A DNA stretch of 48,103 bases, the filler included, from Dimargaris cristalligena (Eukaryota): the NCBI GenBank assembly GCA_003614675.1. It is 2 parts of 2 records of this genome, joined end to end, with 100 filler letters (N's around TTAATTAATTAA, not from the genome) between each part and the next. Parts side by side here need not be neighbours in the genome. Positions count along the whole stretch, not along the records: positions 24,106 to 48,103 come from ML002601.1; 1 more part is not named here. The stretch is one strand, 5' to 3'. The notes beneath the pieces were generated by a model that ran no database searches, had not been told where the DNA came from, and saw only the letters and a list, made by a program, of their open reading frames with translations. The position numbers and the translations under genes were made by a program. The number at the start of each line of letters is the position of its first letter. Positions within the stretch are counted from its first letter, which is position 1. This document shows, one piece after another, positions 34,244 through 48,103 of this stretch.

Positions 34244-36253
34244 ATGTCTTTTCTGAATAAAATCATTGAAAAGACCACCCAAAAGGCGTCTCACTTGGCG
34301 CATAAGGGGCACCACGACCCACGACAGGGTAGCCCCCATACCTCAGCATCGCCTTATGGAACCACCTTCGCCTCCCGCGGGGTAGATCCATCGACTATGC
34401 CGAATATTGGCTCACCCATGGCGCACGACCATTACGGAAGCCCCATGGTCACCCAGGCCAGCAGCCCTCACCCGGACTCCCTGGCTAACAGCACCCCCCG
34501 GATCGTGTCGCCTAGTGACCATCACTACCACCCGTATTCGCCTGCACCTTCCGCTACGTCACAGACTGCCAGTGAACAGAACCGGTCCCCCCCATCGGTC
34601 CACTCCCAGCCAAAACAGCACCAATCGCCAATGTCATCTGCAGCACAGCCCGGCCCATACGGGGGCTATATTGACCTGCTCCCTCATGGTCCCGGCGGTG
34701 CTTACTCTAACCAGACGACTGCCCCCCGCTACGCTTTAAGCCAAGGGGGGCCGCGTCTCTACTCCCCCGCCGACCCGTCACCACCCAGCACGGCCGAGGT
34801 TAGCCCCACGTACCCACCTTCGAGTGCCCAGGCGTCCCTGCCCTCGGCATCGACCCCCCTGACCCGCCCGCCACCCATGGCCAACCCGCCCGTGGCCGCC
34901 TTCCGGACATCAGGGATAGATATGCTCTCGCCTAACCACCTACCGCCTATTTCGAGCCACAGCTCCACCTACACTACCCCACCCTTGAGTGCCACCCCTG
35001 CCCCCTCCCACATCTCCGCTATTCCCCAAATCCAGCATATCGCCTCTCCGTCCGATGCGTCCATGTCAACCCCGCCCATCTCCTACCACCACAACCGACC
35101 CATTAGCAATAGTCCCGTGCATAAGCCGGTGGGGGGAGGTGCGTACTACGCTTCGCCTCCCAGCTCAGTCCAGGCCGGTCCATCAGGTGGGGATTTGGCC
35201 CCGGTCCCCCTGTCTCGCTCCAGCACGGCCAATACTCTGGCCTCGGTCAATGGCGGACATGGGGCTTATTCTTCGCATGACCCGCGTATAGAGAAGCCCC
35301 GCGTGACGCTGGAGGACTTCCACATTGAGCGTACCTTAGGTACGGGTTCGTTCGGTCGAGTCCGTTTGGTGCAATACAAACCTACAAGGCAGTTCTACGC
35401 CATGAAGGTCCTCAAGAAAACCGAAGTGGTGCGCGCCAAGCAGGTGGAACATGTCAACAACGAACGCGACCTGCTGAGTGCCTGTAGCTCGCCGTTTTTA
35501 GTGACGCTTCTGGGGGCCTTCCAGGACAACATCAATCTGTACATGGTTTTGGAATACGTTGTGGGTGGCGAGCTCTTTACGTATCTCCGCAAATACCAGC
35601 GGTTCCCCCCGCAGGTGGCCAAATTCTACACGGGCGAGGTGGTACTGGCCTTTGAGTATCTGCATTCGATGGACATCATCTACCGTGATTTGAAGCCCGA
35701 GAATGTGCTCATCGACTCGCGGGGGCATGTTAAGTTAACGGACTTTGGCTTTGCTAAGCATGTGCCCGATATTACGTGGACCCTGTGCGGTACCCCTGAC
35801 TACCTGGCCCCCGAGATTATCCAGTCCAAGGGGTACGGTAAGGCCGTTGATTGGTACTCGCTGGGTGTCCTAATCTTCGAAATGTTGGCGGGCTACCCGC
35901 CCTTTTACGACGAGGACCACTTCAAATTGTATGAAAAGATTTTGGCCGGGCGGATCGGCTGGCCCTCCCAGTTCGACCCTCTGGCCAAGGACCTGGTCCG
36001 GCGACTGCTTACCCCGGACCTAAGTAAACGGTTCGGTAACCTGAAGGGCGGATCGCAGGATATTAAAAACCACCGGTGGCTGATGGAAATCGACTGGGCT
36101 AAGCTGTACAACCGCCAGATCCCAGCACCTCTGATTCCCCAAGTCTCACATACGGGCGACCCCTCTAACTTTGATATCTACCCCGAAACTAACGAGGTCT
36201 ATGGCAATTACACGGCCTCGGATCCCTACCGGTCGAAATTCCCCACGTTCTAA
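34244..36253 (+). CDS. pkaC: cAMP-dependent protein kinase catalytic subunit, 669 aa, with a long low-complexity N-terminus
   Basis: GTGSFGRV, YAMKVLKK, KQVEHVNNE, YRDLKPEN, DFGFAK, TWTLCGTPDYLAPE, NFDIYPE and C-terminal FPTF. Confidence 0.95.
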   Translation: MSFLNKIIEKTTQKASHLAHKGHHDPRQGSPHTSASPYGTTFASRGVDPSTMPNIGSPMAHDHYGSPMVTQASSPHPDSLANSTPRIVSPSDHHYHPYSPAPSATSQTASEQNRSPPSVHSQPKQHQSPMSSAAQPGPYGGYIDLLPHGPGGAYSNQTTAPRYALSQGGPRLYSPADPSPPSTAEVSPTYPPSSAQASLPSASTPLTRPPPMANPPVAAFRTSGIDMLSPNHLPPISSHSSTYTTPPLSATPAPSHISAIPQIQHIASPSDASMSTPPISYHHNRPISNSPVHKPVGGGAYYASPPSSVQAGPSGGDLAPVPLSRSSTANTLASVNGGHGAYSSHDPRIEKPRVTLEDFHIERTLGTGSFGRVRLVQYKPTRQFYAMKVLKKTEVVRAKQVEHVNNERDLLSACSSPFLVTLLGAFQDNINLYMVLEYVVGGELFTYLRKYQRFPPQVAKFYTGEVVLAFEYLHSMDIIYRDLKPENVLIDSRGHVKLTDFGFAKHVPDITWTLCGTPDYLAPEIIQSKGYGKAVDWYSLGVLIFEMLAGYPPFYDEDHFKLYEKILAGRIGWPSQFDPLAKDLVRRLLTPDLSKRFGNLKGGSQDIKNHRWLMEIDWAKLYNRQIPAPLIPQVSHTGDPSNFDIYPETNEVYGNYTASDPYRSKFPTF

Positions 36254-37878
36254 TCCGCCATTTTTTCACATCCTGGGGAGCGATCTGGTATCCCAAACCC
36301 CCCTACCTTTTTTCCCTTGCTACTCACCCCTTGAACTCTCGCCACCCTGTCCTTCTACTTTCACTATACATATCCAGAGACTTCTAACATTTCATTTGGT
36401 GTACCCTCGTTGATTATCTTTATTTCTACAATTTCATTATATTTTCTAACCCTTTAGTTAGCCAGGTGTACCGCCGGCTATGCTGTTTAGTTTTAAGGCA
36501 TGCCATGTAATATTTGCTTGTTCTCTTCACATCGTCCGGGACCAGTTGTTCCGGGCCGCTGTTCAAATTTATGCCCCATTTATTAAAAGAATGCTTTTAC
36601 TTCCCGGATAAGTCAGGTCAGGCCACTGCATACTGCCGGCTTATTCCTCCCCCCCACTCACACCATATGACGCGTTTCCTCCTCTTTTGGCTAAATAGGC
36701 CTAGCGACTAGTAGTAATTATGAACGGAGCGAATCAGGTGGGCTTCTCTGAACCTAGGCCAGTCGTGTGATGCTGGTGTGATTGGTGTGAAGAAGGACCT
36801 TATTGGCACAGTAGTGCGGGATAAACTATAGCATTTGAAAGGCGTGGGGAGGACAGGTCTGGGCCGAATCAGGTCATGCAATTCGATGGTATCTTTACCC
36901 TCTACTTGTCACGCTCTCGCCTAGATTAAGAGGGGTATAGAAGAGAGGGTGCTACTGATACTGTTGGTGGGGTGGTGGTTGGTATACTCCCCTCCCCCTC
37001 TTCAGCTCCTTTTAGGTACTTCCTATCCACCCCATGGTTTTTTAGCGTAACTTTGGGGGGGCAGAAAAGATAGCAGCGTGCCCTAAGAAGCCAGCGTCAC
37101 ACTCCCTTCCAGCCTATGCTGTATGATAAGGAGAATAGAGAGGGTTTGCCGCCCTCTTGTTAGATTGTTTCTTCACTTATTTTATATTTTGTGTGTGTGT
37201 ATACAGTTTCTCCCTTGGCTCTCGAGTGGGCGTAATTCCTGCCTATTAGCTTTTGTATCCCCACCTTTATTTTAAAGAGTACATTTTAAGAATTACGCAT
37301 AGGGGGCTTCATCGGAATTGATTAGACTTGGTTTACTGAGTGAGAGTCCCCCCCTCCTGATTAATAGAGAAGAACCCATTTTTTCATTGGGAGTATAAAC
37401 TCAAAGGAACTATATCCCCCACTAGTGTATTGTCCACTTTAGTTTTTAGTGAGCCTTCTTTGCGGCTACTCTTTTTCCCGGTATACTGGGTGCTTTGGAT
37501 AGTTCTTGCCCTTTGGCCTTTGTTTACGTGTGACTGCCGCCAGGGCCCTTTCGTCACCTGAACTCTCTCTTCTCTTCTAGCCTGCATTGTTTTAGCCTAC
37601 TTCCCTACCTGTACAGAGAGGAAGAAAGCGACCGAGTGAGGTGAGACCGCTTAGTCCGCCGATTTACTTCTGAATTCCCTTTTCAACCCCCATTCTCGGC
37701 CAATTCGCCCTTCCTGTATTTACAGCATATATCTATATATCTATATATAGATAGATAGATAAACTTTCGAGGCTCTCGCGGTGACCGGTCCTTGTAACCC
37801 GTACCACTACGATAGTATCGCCTATTCAGTACTATTTAGTCCCACGCCGTTGTTTGTCTTTGCCTCCTACCGGCGAGC

Positions 37879-39542
37879 ATGCCTTCGCATTCCATGGTCG
37901 AGTTGGCCCGTGTAGTCCCAGCTACCCCGACTTTAGCCACCTTACCTGGCCACAACGTCAGCAGCAATAGCCACACTACGACAATGGCCAATAGCGCCGA
38001 CCCTTTCGGAGCCAACCGCTCCTTTAAAATCAGCCCTACCGTGTTCGGATTCTTCTCCGGCGGCCTGGCGGCTTGCGGCGCGGTTACCTTTACCAACCCT
38101 ATGGAGGTAAGTATTTTAGGACAGTCGCTACGCAAGGCCCTACTTGATGAAGGGACTGGGCTAAAGAAGGCTCCATTGGCGCTGCCGAACCCTTCTGCCA
38201 TTCCCAAAGAATGAAGTGTTGCATGAGAGTGGTACGGCGGAAAGTACCTTTAATGACCACCCCGAAACCTCGGCCCACCCCATTTCCACGCCTATGCGAA
38301 AGGGGGGTTATTCTTTCCAGGGACCCTACTGTGCTCCTACCCTACAACTACCTGCAGGTTCTTCAGCCAGTAGTTGAGATGGCGGGGGGTGCAGATACCT
38401 TGGGAATGCTAGCCGCCAGACTAGCTGACAACCCCCCCCCCCTTCCTCGATATAATTCTAGAAACTATGGGCACTCGGAAACCTTGGCCATCCACTTGAA
38501 TTGCCATCTAACCTCACACACCTTCGATTGTGACGCTGGCTCTGGTTCCTTCTATTCCCTACACCATAATATTAACGGTGATATCAACCCGCAGGTCGTC
38601 AAAACCCGCCTGCAGTTGCAAGGAGAACATTCGGTTCGTCCGGCCGTGGCTTCATCGGCAGCCACGGCCCAGGCCGCCGCCCCAAAGATCTACCGGGGCA
38701 CTTTTTCGACGTTTGGGCTTATTTTCCGCAACGAAGGTCTGGCGGGTCTCCAAAAGGGGCTAGGCGCCGCCTACGTGTACCAGCTGCTACTCAACGGCAC
38801 TCGCCTGGGTCTCTACACCCCCATTAAACACACCCTGACCCAGTTGTTCCCCGGACCCGACGCCCGACGACCCCCCGGGTCTGCCGCGGCGACGAACCGC
38901 TCGTCCATCAACGTGTGTTCGGGCATGCTGGCCGGGGTGGCGGGTGCTTTTATGGGCAGTCCGATTTATCTCATTAAAACCCGGATGCAGTCTTATTCTA
39001 CGCAGGCGGCCGTGGGCCACCAGCACCACTACACCGGTACCTGGAGCGCCCTGCGGCATATCCTGCGCCAGGACGGTTTGCGCGGCCTGTTCCGCGGGGT
39101 CGACGCCGCCATGATTCGCACCGGGGCGGGATCGGCCGTCCAACTGAGTACTTATGACCTCTGCAAACACACGCTCCTCCGAATCCACCTTCCTGCATCC
39201 GGCGGTGCCGATGGCGCGGCGGTGGTTCCCCTGTTCCGGGATGATATTTACATGCACAGTGTCGCCGCCCTCATGACCGGTCTCCTCGTCTGCTTGGTAA
39301 TGAATCCGTTCGACGTGGTCAGTACCCGCATGTACAACCAAAAGACCGATGCCCGATCCGGACGGGGTTCCCTGTACCGGAGCCCCCTCGACTGTCTGGT
39401 GAAGACATTCCGCGCCGAAGGATACCGGGCCTTCTTTAAAGCCATTGTGCCCCAGTATATCCGGCTGGGCCCCCATACGATCCTGATGTTCGTATTTATG
39501 GAGCAGATCAAAGGCCTGGGCCAGCGATGGGAGATTATTTGA
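37879..39542 (+). CDS. OAC1: Mitochondrial oxaloacetate/sulfate carrier. Exons 37879 (or 37984)-38106 and 38595-39542
   Basis: GGLAACGAVTFTNPME|VVKTRLQLQGE, GLQKGLGAAYVYQLLLNGTRLGLY, GSPIYLIKTRMQSYS, GSAVQLSTYD, MNPFDVVSTRMYNQ and RLGPHTIL. Phase-0 GTAAGT..CAG intron. Start codon uncertain. Confidence 0.9.
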
Positions 39543-40597
39543 CGGGTGGTTTTTTATTATTAATTTTATTATTATTATTATTTTGGATTTTTACTCATCT
39601 TTTCTAAACTACAGCAACCCCCTATGATGACGATAGGTTTAATACTATTTTATTCGGCGACTAACTGAATGAAATTGAAATGAAAAACCGAGGTGCTCGG
39701 ATGGTTCAGGTCCGTCCGTGGGAGGAGAAGCTGGGCTTGGGTTCATCGAGTACACCAGGGGAGGCGATACTCGCGACCTTGGTTCGGTTTTGTTTTTATT
39801 GCATTTAGCTTTATACTATATCCCTGTAGATAGACACTATTGTCGTTTGGATTAAGCGAGGCCTCGCGTACCGTAGTAGTTTCAGCGTATAGCCTTAATT
39901 TCTTAATTTTTGACGTATAATAAATATATAATTAAGTTAGCCATATAGGCTATGCCCGCTTTCTTGAATGAGAATATTTAATGAATATACGACCAGTAAT
40001 GACTGTGGTAGTAGATGTGTCCTAAAACTAGAAATACTGACCATATATCCCAGTCTGTTCAGCTGCTAAGTCCATGCCAGACCCGATGATGGCTGGGGGG
40101 AATGTTTACAGTGGACCGTCTTATATTTTGTCCGTAGCTTTTTCTTTTAAGTGCAAAACTATATTGCCAGAATATATAAAATCGCAGTGAGGTGCGTTCA
40201 TATGACGGGTCGATTCTTTTGTAGTGCTCAAAGTTGGCGAAGAGCCTCATATATTCTCTTGCGCGGTACCTTGGCCCTAACGTTCAATTAAACGATGGTT
40301 CGGTAAGCATGAATAGTGTCTTCAAGTCGCCCATTACATGAAAAAGGCAATGAAGTGATATAATAATCAACGGTTTATTAAAGTAGAAGATGACCATGCT
40401 GTTAGGGGTGACCAAATGGACGAAAGGCAATAATAAAACCTGTGATGAAGGGGAACAAAGGAGGCGTTCACGCCGCGAAAATAAAGATGAATGACAAAGT
40501 CACGAGCTGGCGAGAGTCGTGATAAAGGCCGGTTAGCCCATAGCGAGGTGGGTCAGGAGACGACCGCTTGCCGATGGGTAAAAGACATCCTGGGTAA

Positions 40598-41701
<1,104 letters not shown>

Positions 41702-44473
41702 TTACTGATGGAGTAAAAGAGTGTTTCTTCCCCTTACGAATTCGCAATTTAGCAACGTTTGACTACAACCTTCACCCCTGGACTCTCTTTCTCCTTCTTT
41801 TTAATAGCTTACAGACTATACACATTTCTCCTGTCGAAGATGTTTCAGCCGACTCTTCTGTTGGGTTGGGCTCTCTACTAATATACCTTCTAAACGCCCA
41901 AATTCCTTCGGGGCCCAACAAAATGGACCGGCCGTGAAAGTGGAGGGGAGAGGGCTTAGACGTGCAATGGCTCTGTTCAAATCATATCCCAGAATTTATG
42001 GCTAGCAGCCATGGTGCAGTTGTTAGCCGCCGCCACACCCATCTCATTAACGTAGGATATTTACTAGTTGTCTGTAAATAAGAGGGGGGTGGTGATTAAG
42101 TTGTTTTGAAGGGGCGGAGGCGTCCTCCCTCCCGTTCCTTCTTTTTCTGTCTTTGACTCTGCCTTACCGCAGTTTATCTTAATGGCGCAGAAGTTCTCCA
42201 CAGTCGGTCACATACACCCTATTATATCCAATCTCTCTTTCTCTCTCTCATTATGTTCTGTCTGGAATGTTGTATACTATACTGTTGTTGGTTAACTATG
42301 ATGGAATTGATAAGCTCGGCCCAATGGGATTGGTCAGCCGGCCACGCTGCCTGGGGTGGACTAAATGGTTCGCGGGCTGGCAAACGGGGGAGAAGGAAGA
42401 TGACCGCCACCTTCATGGTCAGCTGGTTTGAGCAATCATCAATCCCACCGCCCTTTCCCACTGACCCTCTCCTCTCTTTATATGCATCACTCTTTCTCCT
42501 TGGAAACCAGGGTGGAATGGTGTTATTCCAAGTTCATAAGATATTATTAACCCCCCCCCGTACCATCTCATTGGCCCTAGCCCTGTCATGTGACAGATGC
42601 GGACCAGCATCCCCCCTGCGATCTTATTAGCCATGGGTCACCGGGGTAGAAAGGAGGGGTGCGCATGTATGCATGCATATGGGGACAACAACTCCTCTTG
42701 CACGCCAGCCAACTATATCCCTGTGGTCCCTTTCCGCCGACCTTAATCATAAACAGTCCAGGCTATACGGTATGTGGAGTACGTCAATAAACAACCATCA
42801 TTATCCAGACCCAGCTACTTTGGCTATGCCATGGGTCTCTTCCCCTGGAGTGTGGAAAACCCCCGGAAAATTCGACTTGGACAGTAGAATTCCACCTTCC
42901 TATATTCCCGCGCTTCGTCGACCTTCACGGTCAAACGGCGGGCCTTCATCGACTTTGGTTAGATTGTAATAGTTTCAGTTAGTGCGTGAGTGTGTTTAAA
43001 AAGCACGTCACGATTCCCACTGGATACAAGGGATCTGCAGGGATGTGGGGACTGTTAATGGGGATGGGGATGGGGATTAGACCGCCGCTACGACTCAATT
43101 GTAGCGTCTGCGTTTCCGTGGGGCTGCCCTTCCTGCAATTAACTAGAGAAGAGGGATGAGGCGGAACAGCCCCCGGTTATTATCGACTGGCTCTTAGTGT
43201 GCACATATAACCCAGGTGGGTGGGTCGATAAGCTTGGCCAGGTCGCCTCAAGATTGACCCCCCTACCGCTGGCTGGCTCAGGGTAGGCCCATCTTTTCTT
43301 TCACCAGTGCGAAAGCACCCAATACAGTTTCCTTTTAAAGAAGGGAAGAGAGAGAGGGTGTGTGTGTGTTGTTGATCAATTATAAAAAATGAAAATGGCG
43401 AAGATTCCAGGCCCTTGGCGAATAAGTAAGTCTGAGTCGAGCTGTTGTCTCCCCCAATAATCCGCATAGCATACACGCCATAAAGACTATATACCCCATC
43501 AGTTGATGTCGAAATACCAACAGCCAGCAGAGTAGTTCCTCCTCAATACCACTCGATCATCACTATGCCTTCCCAACGGTCAGCGGGGGTTATCAGTTCC
43601 ATGGGAGGACGAATCAGTCAGTAATGAGTTTTCTGTATGCGAGGGGCTCTGCAAACGCCAGCTAATATGGACAGTCTCGTATAAGAGATACTGAATTGCC
43701 TTGGCTCCCCTTGGTCGTCGATAGCCCACAATATCTAACCAATATCGGATTCTTCCCGGCATTGGTGGCGGCCGGGTAGTAGTTGGTTGGTCATCAACAT
43801 GGCCTGATGGATACTGTAAAACTGACGATCTCCTGCTCCTAACCTGACTGCGTAGAGTTAATGGGGGCTGAGTCATCTCACCCCTGTCATTGTCTCTCGC
43901 TGGCCAGTAGGCAAGCCCCCCCCCAGTGCCTCTTCTCAATTCCCACCCTGGTATAAGCCCCTAAATCGCCATTAGCGATTCCATGTAGAATAATAATGGG
44001 GCATTATTTATCGATGAATGAGTACATCATCATGCCACCGATGGCCCAGGTGTACTAATCTAATGCCTTACAGATGGATAGAACCAGGTGGAGTATGGAA
44101 TACGCAATTTAATGATAATAATAATGTGAGAGCCAAGCGCATAATGTAGGCTGAACCTCGGCGCATTGGATTAACCAAGGTCCGTTGAGAGTAGGGGGGA
44201 GGGGTCAGGGTACAATACAGTAATGGAGTTGGTGAGTGAGTGAGAGAGAGTATGTGAGTATATGTGTATATCTCGGAATGTAGATAATTAAACGACGACG
44301 ATGAAAAACGAGGGGTGGAGAAACCTTATAACGGGGGATTAAAAACCCGCCACTGGTTTGAAACATACACTACAAATAGTTTAAGATAGGGGAGGGGTCA
44401 GCAAACGAGCTAGGTAATACAGATCAGTGTCCCGATAAAGCCCCGGCGAAGGGGTTCCAACGCGGTTGGGGAT

Positions 44474-45766
44474 TTAGAGTTTCATGGTAAATTCCTGGGG
44501 AGGGTTGTTGAAGATGAGCAGGTTGGGGCACTCGGCGGTTAGCTTGGTCAAAGAGCCGCTGGTGGCCGTGGCCAGGATCTTGGCCTTCAGTTCCTTGGGA
44601 GTGATGGGGGAGCTCTCCAGGGAAAGCAGGTAGGCGGCCAGGCCGGCCACGTGGGGGCTGGCCATGGAAGTTCCGGAGATGGTGTTGGTGTCAGTATCCG
44701 AGTTCTTCCAGGCAGACAGGATGTTCAGGCCGGGGGCGTACACATCCACGCACTTGCCAAAGTTGGAGAAGTAGGCCCGCTCATCATAGATGGTCGAAGC
44801 TCCCACAGTAATGGCGCCGGGGGCGGCGGCCGGCGAGTAGTTACAGGCATCCCGGTTGTCGTTACCAGCAGCGACGGCGTAGGCAACACCCGCACCCACC
44901 GCGGCATCGACGGCCAGGTCCAGGGTACGGCTGGAACCACCCCCCAGACTCATGTTGGCGACACTCCCGCGGTGGACCTTGCCCTTACGCAGGGCCTTGG
45001 CCACGGCCGAGCGATGAGCCTCGACGGTGTATTCGACACCCTTGACGACATCGGACATCGTGCCGGACCCGTTGGTGCGCAGCACCTTCACGGCGACAAT
45101 GTTGGCCTTTTTGGCGACACCGAAGCGCTTACCGGCGATGGTACCGGCCACGTGGGTACCGTGACCGTTGCCGTCCACGTCCTCATCGTCCCGGGGAACG
45201 GTCTTGCCCCATACGGCGCGACCTTCGAAGTCCACGTGCTTGATGTTGACACCGGTATCGACGACGTAGACCGTCACGCCCTCACCGGCACGGTCGTCGT
45301 AGACGTAGCGCTCGTAGTTGCGCAGGGTAAGACGGCTACGGGAGGAGGTACGGGCCAGCCCCCAGGGGGCACCGCGCTGGGTATGAACGGTGTTGACGAT
45401 GGAGTCGTGCTCTACGTAGTCCACGTCCTCGGAGGAGCGGATGCGCTCCAGGATTTCGGGCTGGAAGCGACCGGAGTAGCCCAGCAGGTCGGGCATGCGG
45501 TAAACGTGGCGAAGCTCGTTGGGGTCTTCGCCTTCGAACATACCGCTTTCCAGGTTGGCCATATCAATGAAGGTGGTCAGGTGGTTGAAGTGACTGTGCA
45601 GGGCATCCTCAGGCAGGTTCTTCTTGAAGACAACGATGTACGAGTCCGGAACCACCTTGGAGTCCATGGAGGACACCAGAGGGGCTTGGCCCATGGGGCG
45701 GGAGCTGAACTCGGCTTGGGCGGTCCAGGCCAGGACGGCCACGATGAGCAAACGGTAGGTCACCAT
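44474..45766 (-). CDS. PRB1: Subtilisin-like S8A serine protease with signal peptide and I9 propeptide (proteinase B/cerevisin-like), 430 aa
   Basis: Signal MVTYRLLIVAVLAWTAQA, propeptide SYIVVFK, APWGLAR, catalytic VVDTG, HGTHVAG, GTSMASPHVAG and oxyanion AAGN. Confidence 0.92.
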   Translation of the reverse strand: MVTYRLLIVAVLAWTAQAEFSSRPMGQAPLVSSMDSKVVPDSYIVVFKKNLPEDALHSHFNHLTTFIDMANLESGMFEGEDPNELRHVYRMPDLLGYSGRFQPEILERIRSSEDVDYVEHDSIVNTVHTQRGAPWGLARTSSRSRLTLRNYERYVYDDRAGEGVTVYVVDTGVNIKHVDFEGRAVWGKTVPRDDEDVDGNGHGTHVAGTIAGKRFGVAKKANIVAVKVLRTNGSGTMSDVVKGVEYTVEAHRSAVAKALRKGKVHRGSVANMSLGGGSSRTLDLAVDAAVGAGVAYAVAAGNDNRDACNYSPAAAPGAITVGASTIYDERAYFSNFGKCVDVYAPGLNILSAWKNSDTDTNTISGTSMASPHVAGLAAYLLSLESSPITPKELKAKILATATSGSLTKLTAECPNLLIFNNPPQEFTMKL

Positions 45767-45944
45767 AGTGAAGTAAGTTGGGTAGTTGGTATAGTACAAG
45801 CGGAGGAGGTATGGGGTGAAATAGGGTTAAGAAAAACTGAACGGGGGAGGGCAGTACAAGTCAGAAGGGGCTGGTGTAACACCGGGGAGTAAGTTGGATG
45901 ACCTCAACAGGGAGAAGGGTACAACAGAAACAGGGTATAGTATG

Positions 45945-45952
45945 TATTTATA
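45945..45952 (-). promoter_or_regulatory. TATA box of the subtilisin gene
   Basis: TATAAATA on the minus strand about 180 bp upstream of the ATG, followed by a pyrimidine-rich leader. Confidence 0.45.
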
Positions 45953-47907
45953 GGTGAAAGTAGAATGTATGCGTACAAATGAATGTAATATAATATAATA
46001 TTTATAAGAAGAGAATGGGGCAGGCGGAGAAGGTCAGAAGAATTGTAATGAAAAGGAAGGATAGGTAGGTGAACACAAGGATTCAGACGGGGGAGGGTGG
46101 GCAGGGATATTTATAGGGGCAGATGAACAGTGAAGTAGCATATAACAACATCGTCATCATCACTACTATCCCATACTGCTCTGTTCAGCTCTGCTGGTGG
46201 GGAGCGCTTCGCTTTAGGTAGCGGTGAGTGGGGAGATCCCCCGGATTCCTGCTTAGGTGGTGGTGGGGCATTCAGACGCAGCATACAGATGGAAAATGGC
46301 ACCACCGCCCTAGACAGCAGGTAGGTGAATCCAATGTATATAATACATCCAAAAACACCTGACTGCAGTGGCGGGGCCAATACGCAATGGGTCGAGGGGA
46401 CGACCCCTGTTATCGCCTCGATTGGCGGGGGCCACATGACCCCTTCCTCTCTCTTTCTTCGGATTCCCCTCCCCTCTCCCCTCTTTCGCTGGGGACGCGC
46501 GTAGGCCAGAGAAGTCGTTAATAGGAAAACCGGCTTTCGTCGAGCAGTGTGAGTAAAAGTATATCATTATCACCACACACACACTTCCAATCTCCCGCCA
46601 GTGGCTGTGGTTGGCTTAAATCTGGTGGTGGGGTCGAATCACCCTGGTCACTTAAAGTAAAGTAAAGTGACGAGGGGAAATGATTCATCAACCCTTCTCA
46701 AGGCCATGGCCACCTACTGGTTTCATTAGTGGTATACCGGCCCGGGTCAAATCCCTAAGAAGCCTCCTTCTCTCCTTGGCACACACCATATCCAGAGGCT
46801 AGGCTAGGAAGGGCGTGCTTTATAGCCACAGTTGGCCTAAATACTATTATTCCCAAAGGATGCGATTCACCCATAACCGTGACCACCTCCATACACTGGC
46901 TAAGTAGGGTCAGCCGACGACCCACCACCACCGGTGGTCTTAATCTACTACAACGTTTCATTCACCCAGTGGCTCAAGGGCGAATTAGCCAAGTGGCATC
47001 GTTTCTCTCCCCTACCCTTCCTTACTCTGCCTGGCATATGGGCTCGAGCCTCGCCAGCCCCACCCATCTAGAAGACCCCTCCCGCTACCATACGCCAAGC
47101 CCTTTGCCGTTATTGTTAAACAACCGAGACATCGGGGTTGATCCTATCACCATCCGCATAACCTGCCGTTACTTGAGGGGGGAAGGTTCTCTGTAGCGGG
47201 CGCTCCCTGTGTCGTAGTCACATCTATTCGGATTAGCCGTCTATCACCCCCCTTAAAATAGCAGCCACCGACACAAGGGCCGACGGGGGTTTTCGGCAGC
47301 TCATTCTCCTTCCGTTACCACTGCGACCGGATGATTATCGGAATGCCCTCTTTTGATATATCGCTGATTCATCGATCCCGCCCTTGGATGGTCATATGCT
47401 ACTATAATAAGCCGATTACATGGATAATCATCCCCCGCTACCCTCCTTTATTCGCCGACACAGCTCCTGTTAAAGCCACTTTCGGTTGATACTTGAGTCC
47501 ACATAATCACCCACTCGGCTGATAATGGTCTCAGGCCCGTCACCTCGCCCCACATGTAGCCACGGCTGATACACACCATTTTCCGTAGAGAACTCCCCCC
47601 TTCACATATTACCAGTATGCCACCAGTAAAATAATTCATATGGGTGAAACTCAACTTAACAGTATACATAATGAAACCGTATAAGTAAGGGGGGGGGGAA
47701 GGGTGGTTTATTGATCGTTAACCAATAATGTCTGCCTTATTAAACATATTTGCGCTCCTATATTCCTACGCATATAAATATAATATGGGATAGATTAAAT
47801 CAGACTATACCGAAAAAAAAATAGCAGATATTATGGTCGATACATATCGGTCGGGTATTGGTTATTATATACTACATGTGTAGTCTCTTGGAGGCGGTGG
47901 TTCGGGC

Positions 47908-48102
47908 TTACACCAGTGGCTTCTTCTCGACATTTCGGAAAGCGCCGTGCACGGAGAGGGGTTTCTTAACAATCGCATCCCAGTTGGTCATGTCCAGTGG
48001 CGTACCCCAATACCTCTTTGCCATACCATTAATCACCACCACCATTATTTGGACCACTGTCAGATCTTTGGCCTTATTGTTCAGTATTTCTTTGGTGGAC
48101 AG
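47908..48102 (-). CDS. Probable 3' end of a gene running off the window edge
   Basis: Open frame from the edge: LSTKEILNNKAKDLTVVQIMVVVINGMAKRYWGTPLDMTNWDAIVKKPLSVHGAFRNVEKKPLV*. AT-rich 3' region with minus-strand AATAAA near 47710. Confidence 0.4.
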   Translation of the reverse strand: MSTKEILNNKAKDLTVVQIMVVVINGMAKRYWGTPLDMTNWDAIVKKPLSVHGAFRNVEKKPLV

Positions 48103-48103
48103 G

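Noticed and set aside
38211-38594. N-terminal 128 aa of the 443 aa ORF
   Set aside because: It lies inside the OAC1 intron (38107-38594); splicing restores the conserved NPME|VVKTRLQ motif.
38787-39476. 229 aa minus-strand ORF
   Set aside because: Antisense shadow of the OAC1 coding exon.
44651-45892. 413 aa + strand ORF
   Set aside because: Antisense shadow of the GC3-biased subtilisin gene, with no motifs of its own.

Overview
Eukaryotic, gene-sparse fungal genomic DNA with GT-AG introns and CTAAC-type branch points. The ubiquitin variant (DSIDNVKQK) and gene content suggest an early-diverging 'zygomycete'-grade fungus; this is inference. Recognisable genes: an 8-exon Orc1 (apparently only about 410 aa, no BAH domain), a TatD/Scn1-like nuclease, a proline-rich protein with a C-terminal EH domain, a PKA catalytic subunit, an Oac1-like mitochondrial carrier, a 3-unit polyubiquitin, a proteinase-B-like subtilisin and a prokaryote-type (COG1926-like) phosphoribosyltransferase. 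Splicing by hand revealed two genes that the ORF track shows only as fragments. One is a complete 5-exon FAM72 homologue that keeps the Trp equivalent to the UNG2-binding W125 of human FAM72A. The other is a 5-exon protein resembling animal OCIAD1/asrij. The left end holds a secreted-protein pseudogene with in-frame TAA/TAG stops next to a 1.3 kb stretch with no CpG, which suggests methylation- or RIP-like C-to-T erosion. A 100 bp N-gap with a six-frame stop linker lies at 24006-24105. Family assignments rest on motif recognition from memory; no database searches were run.
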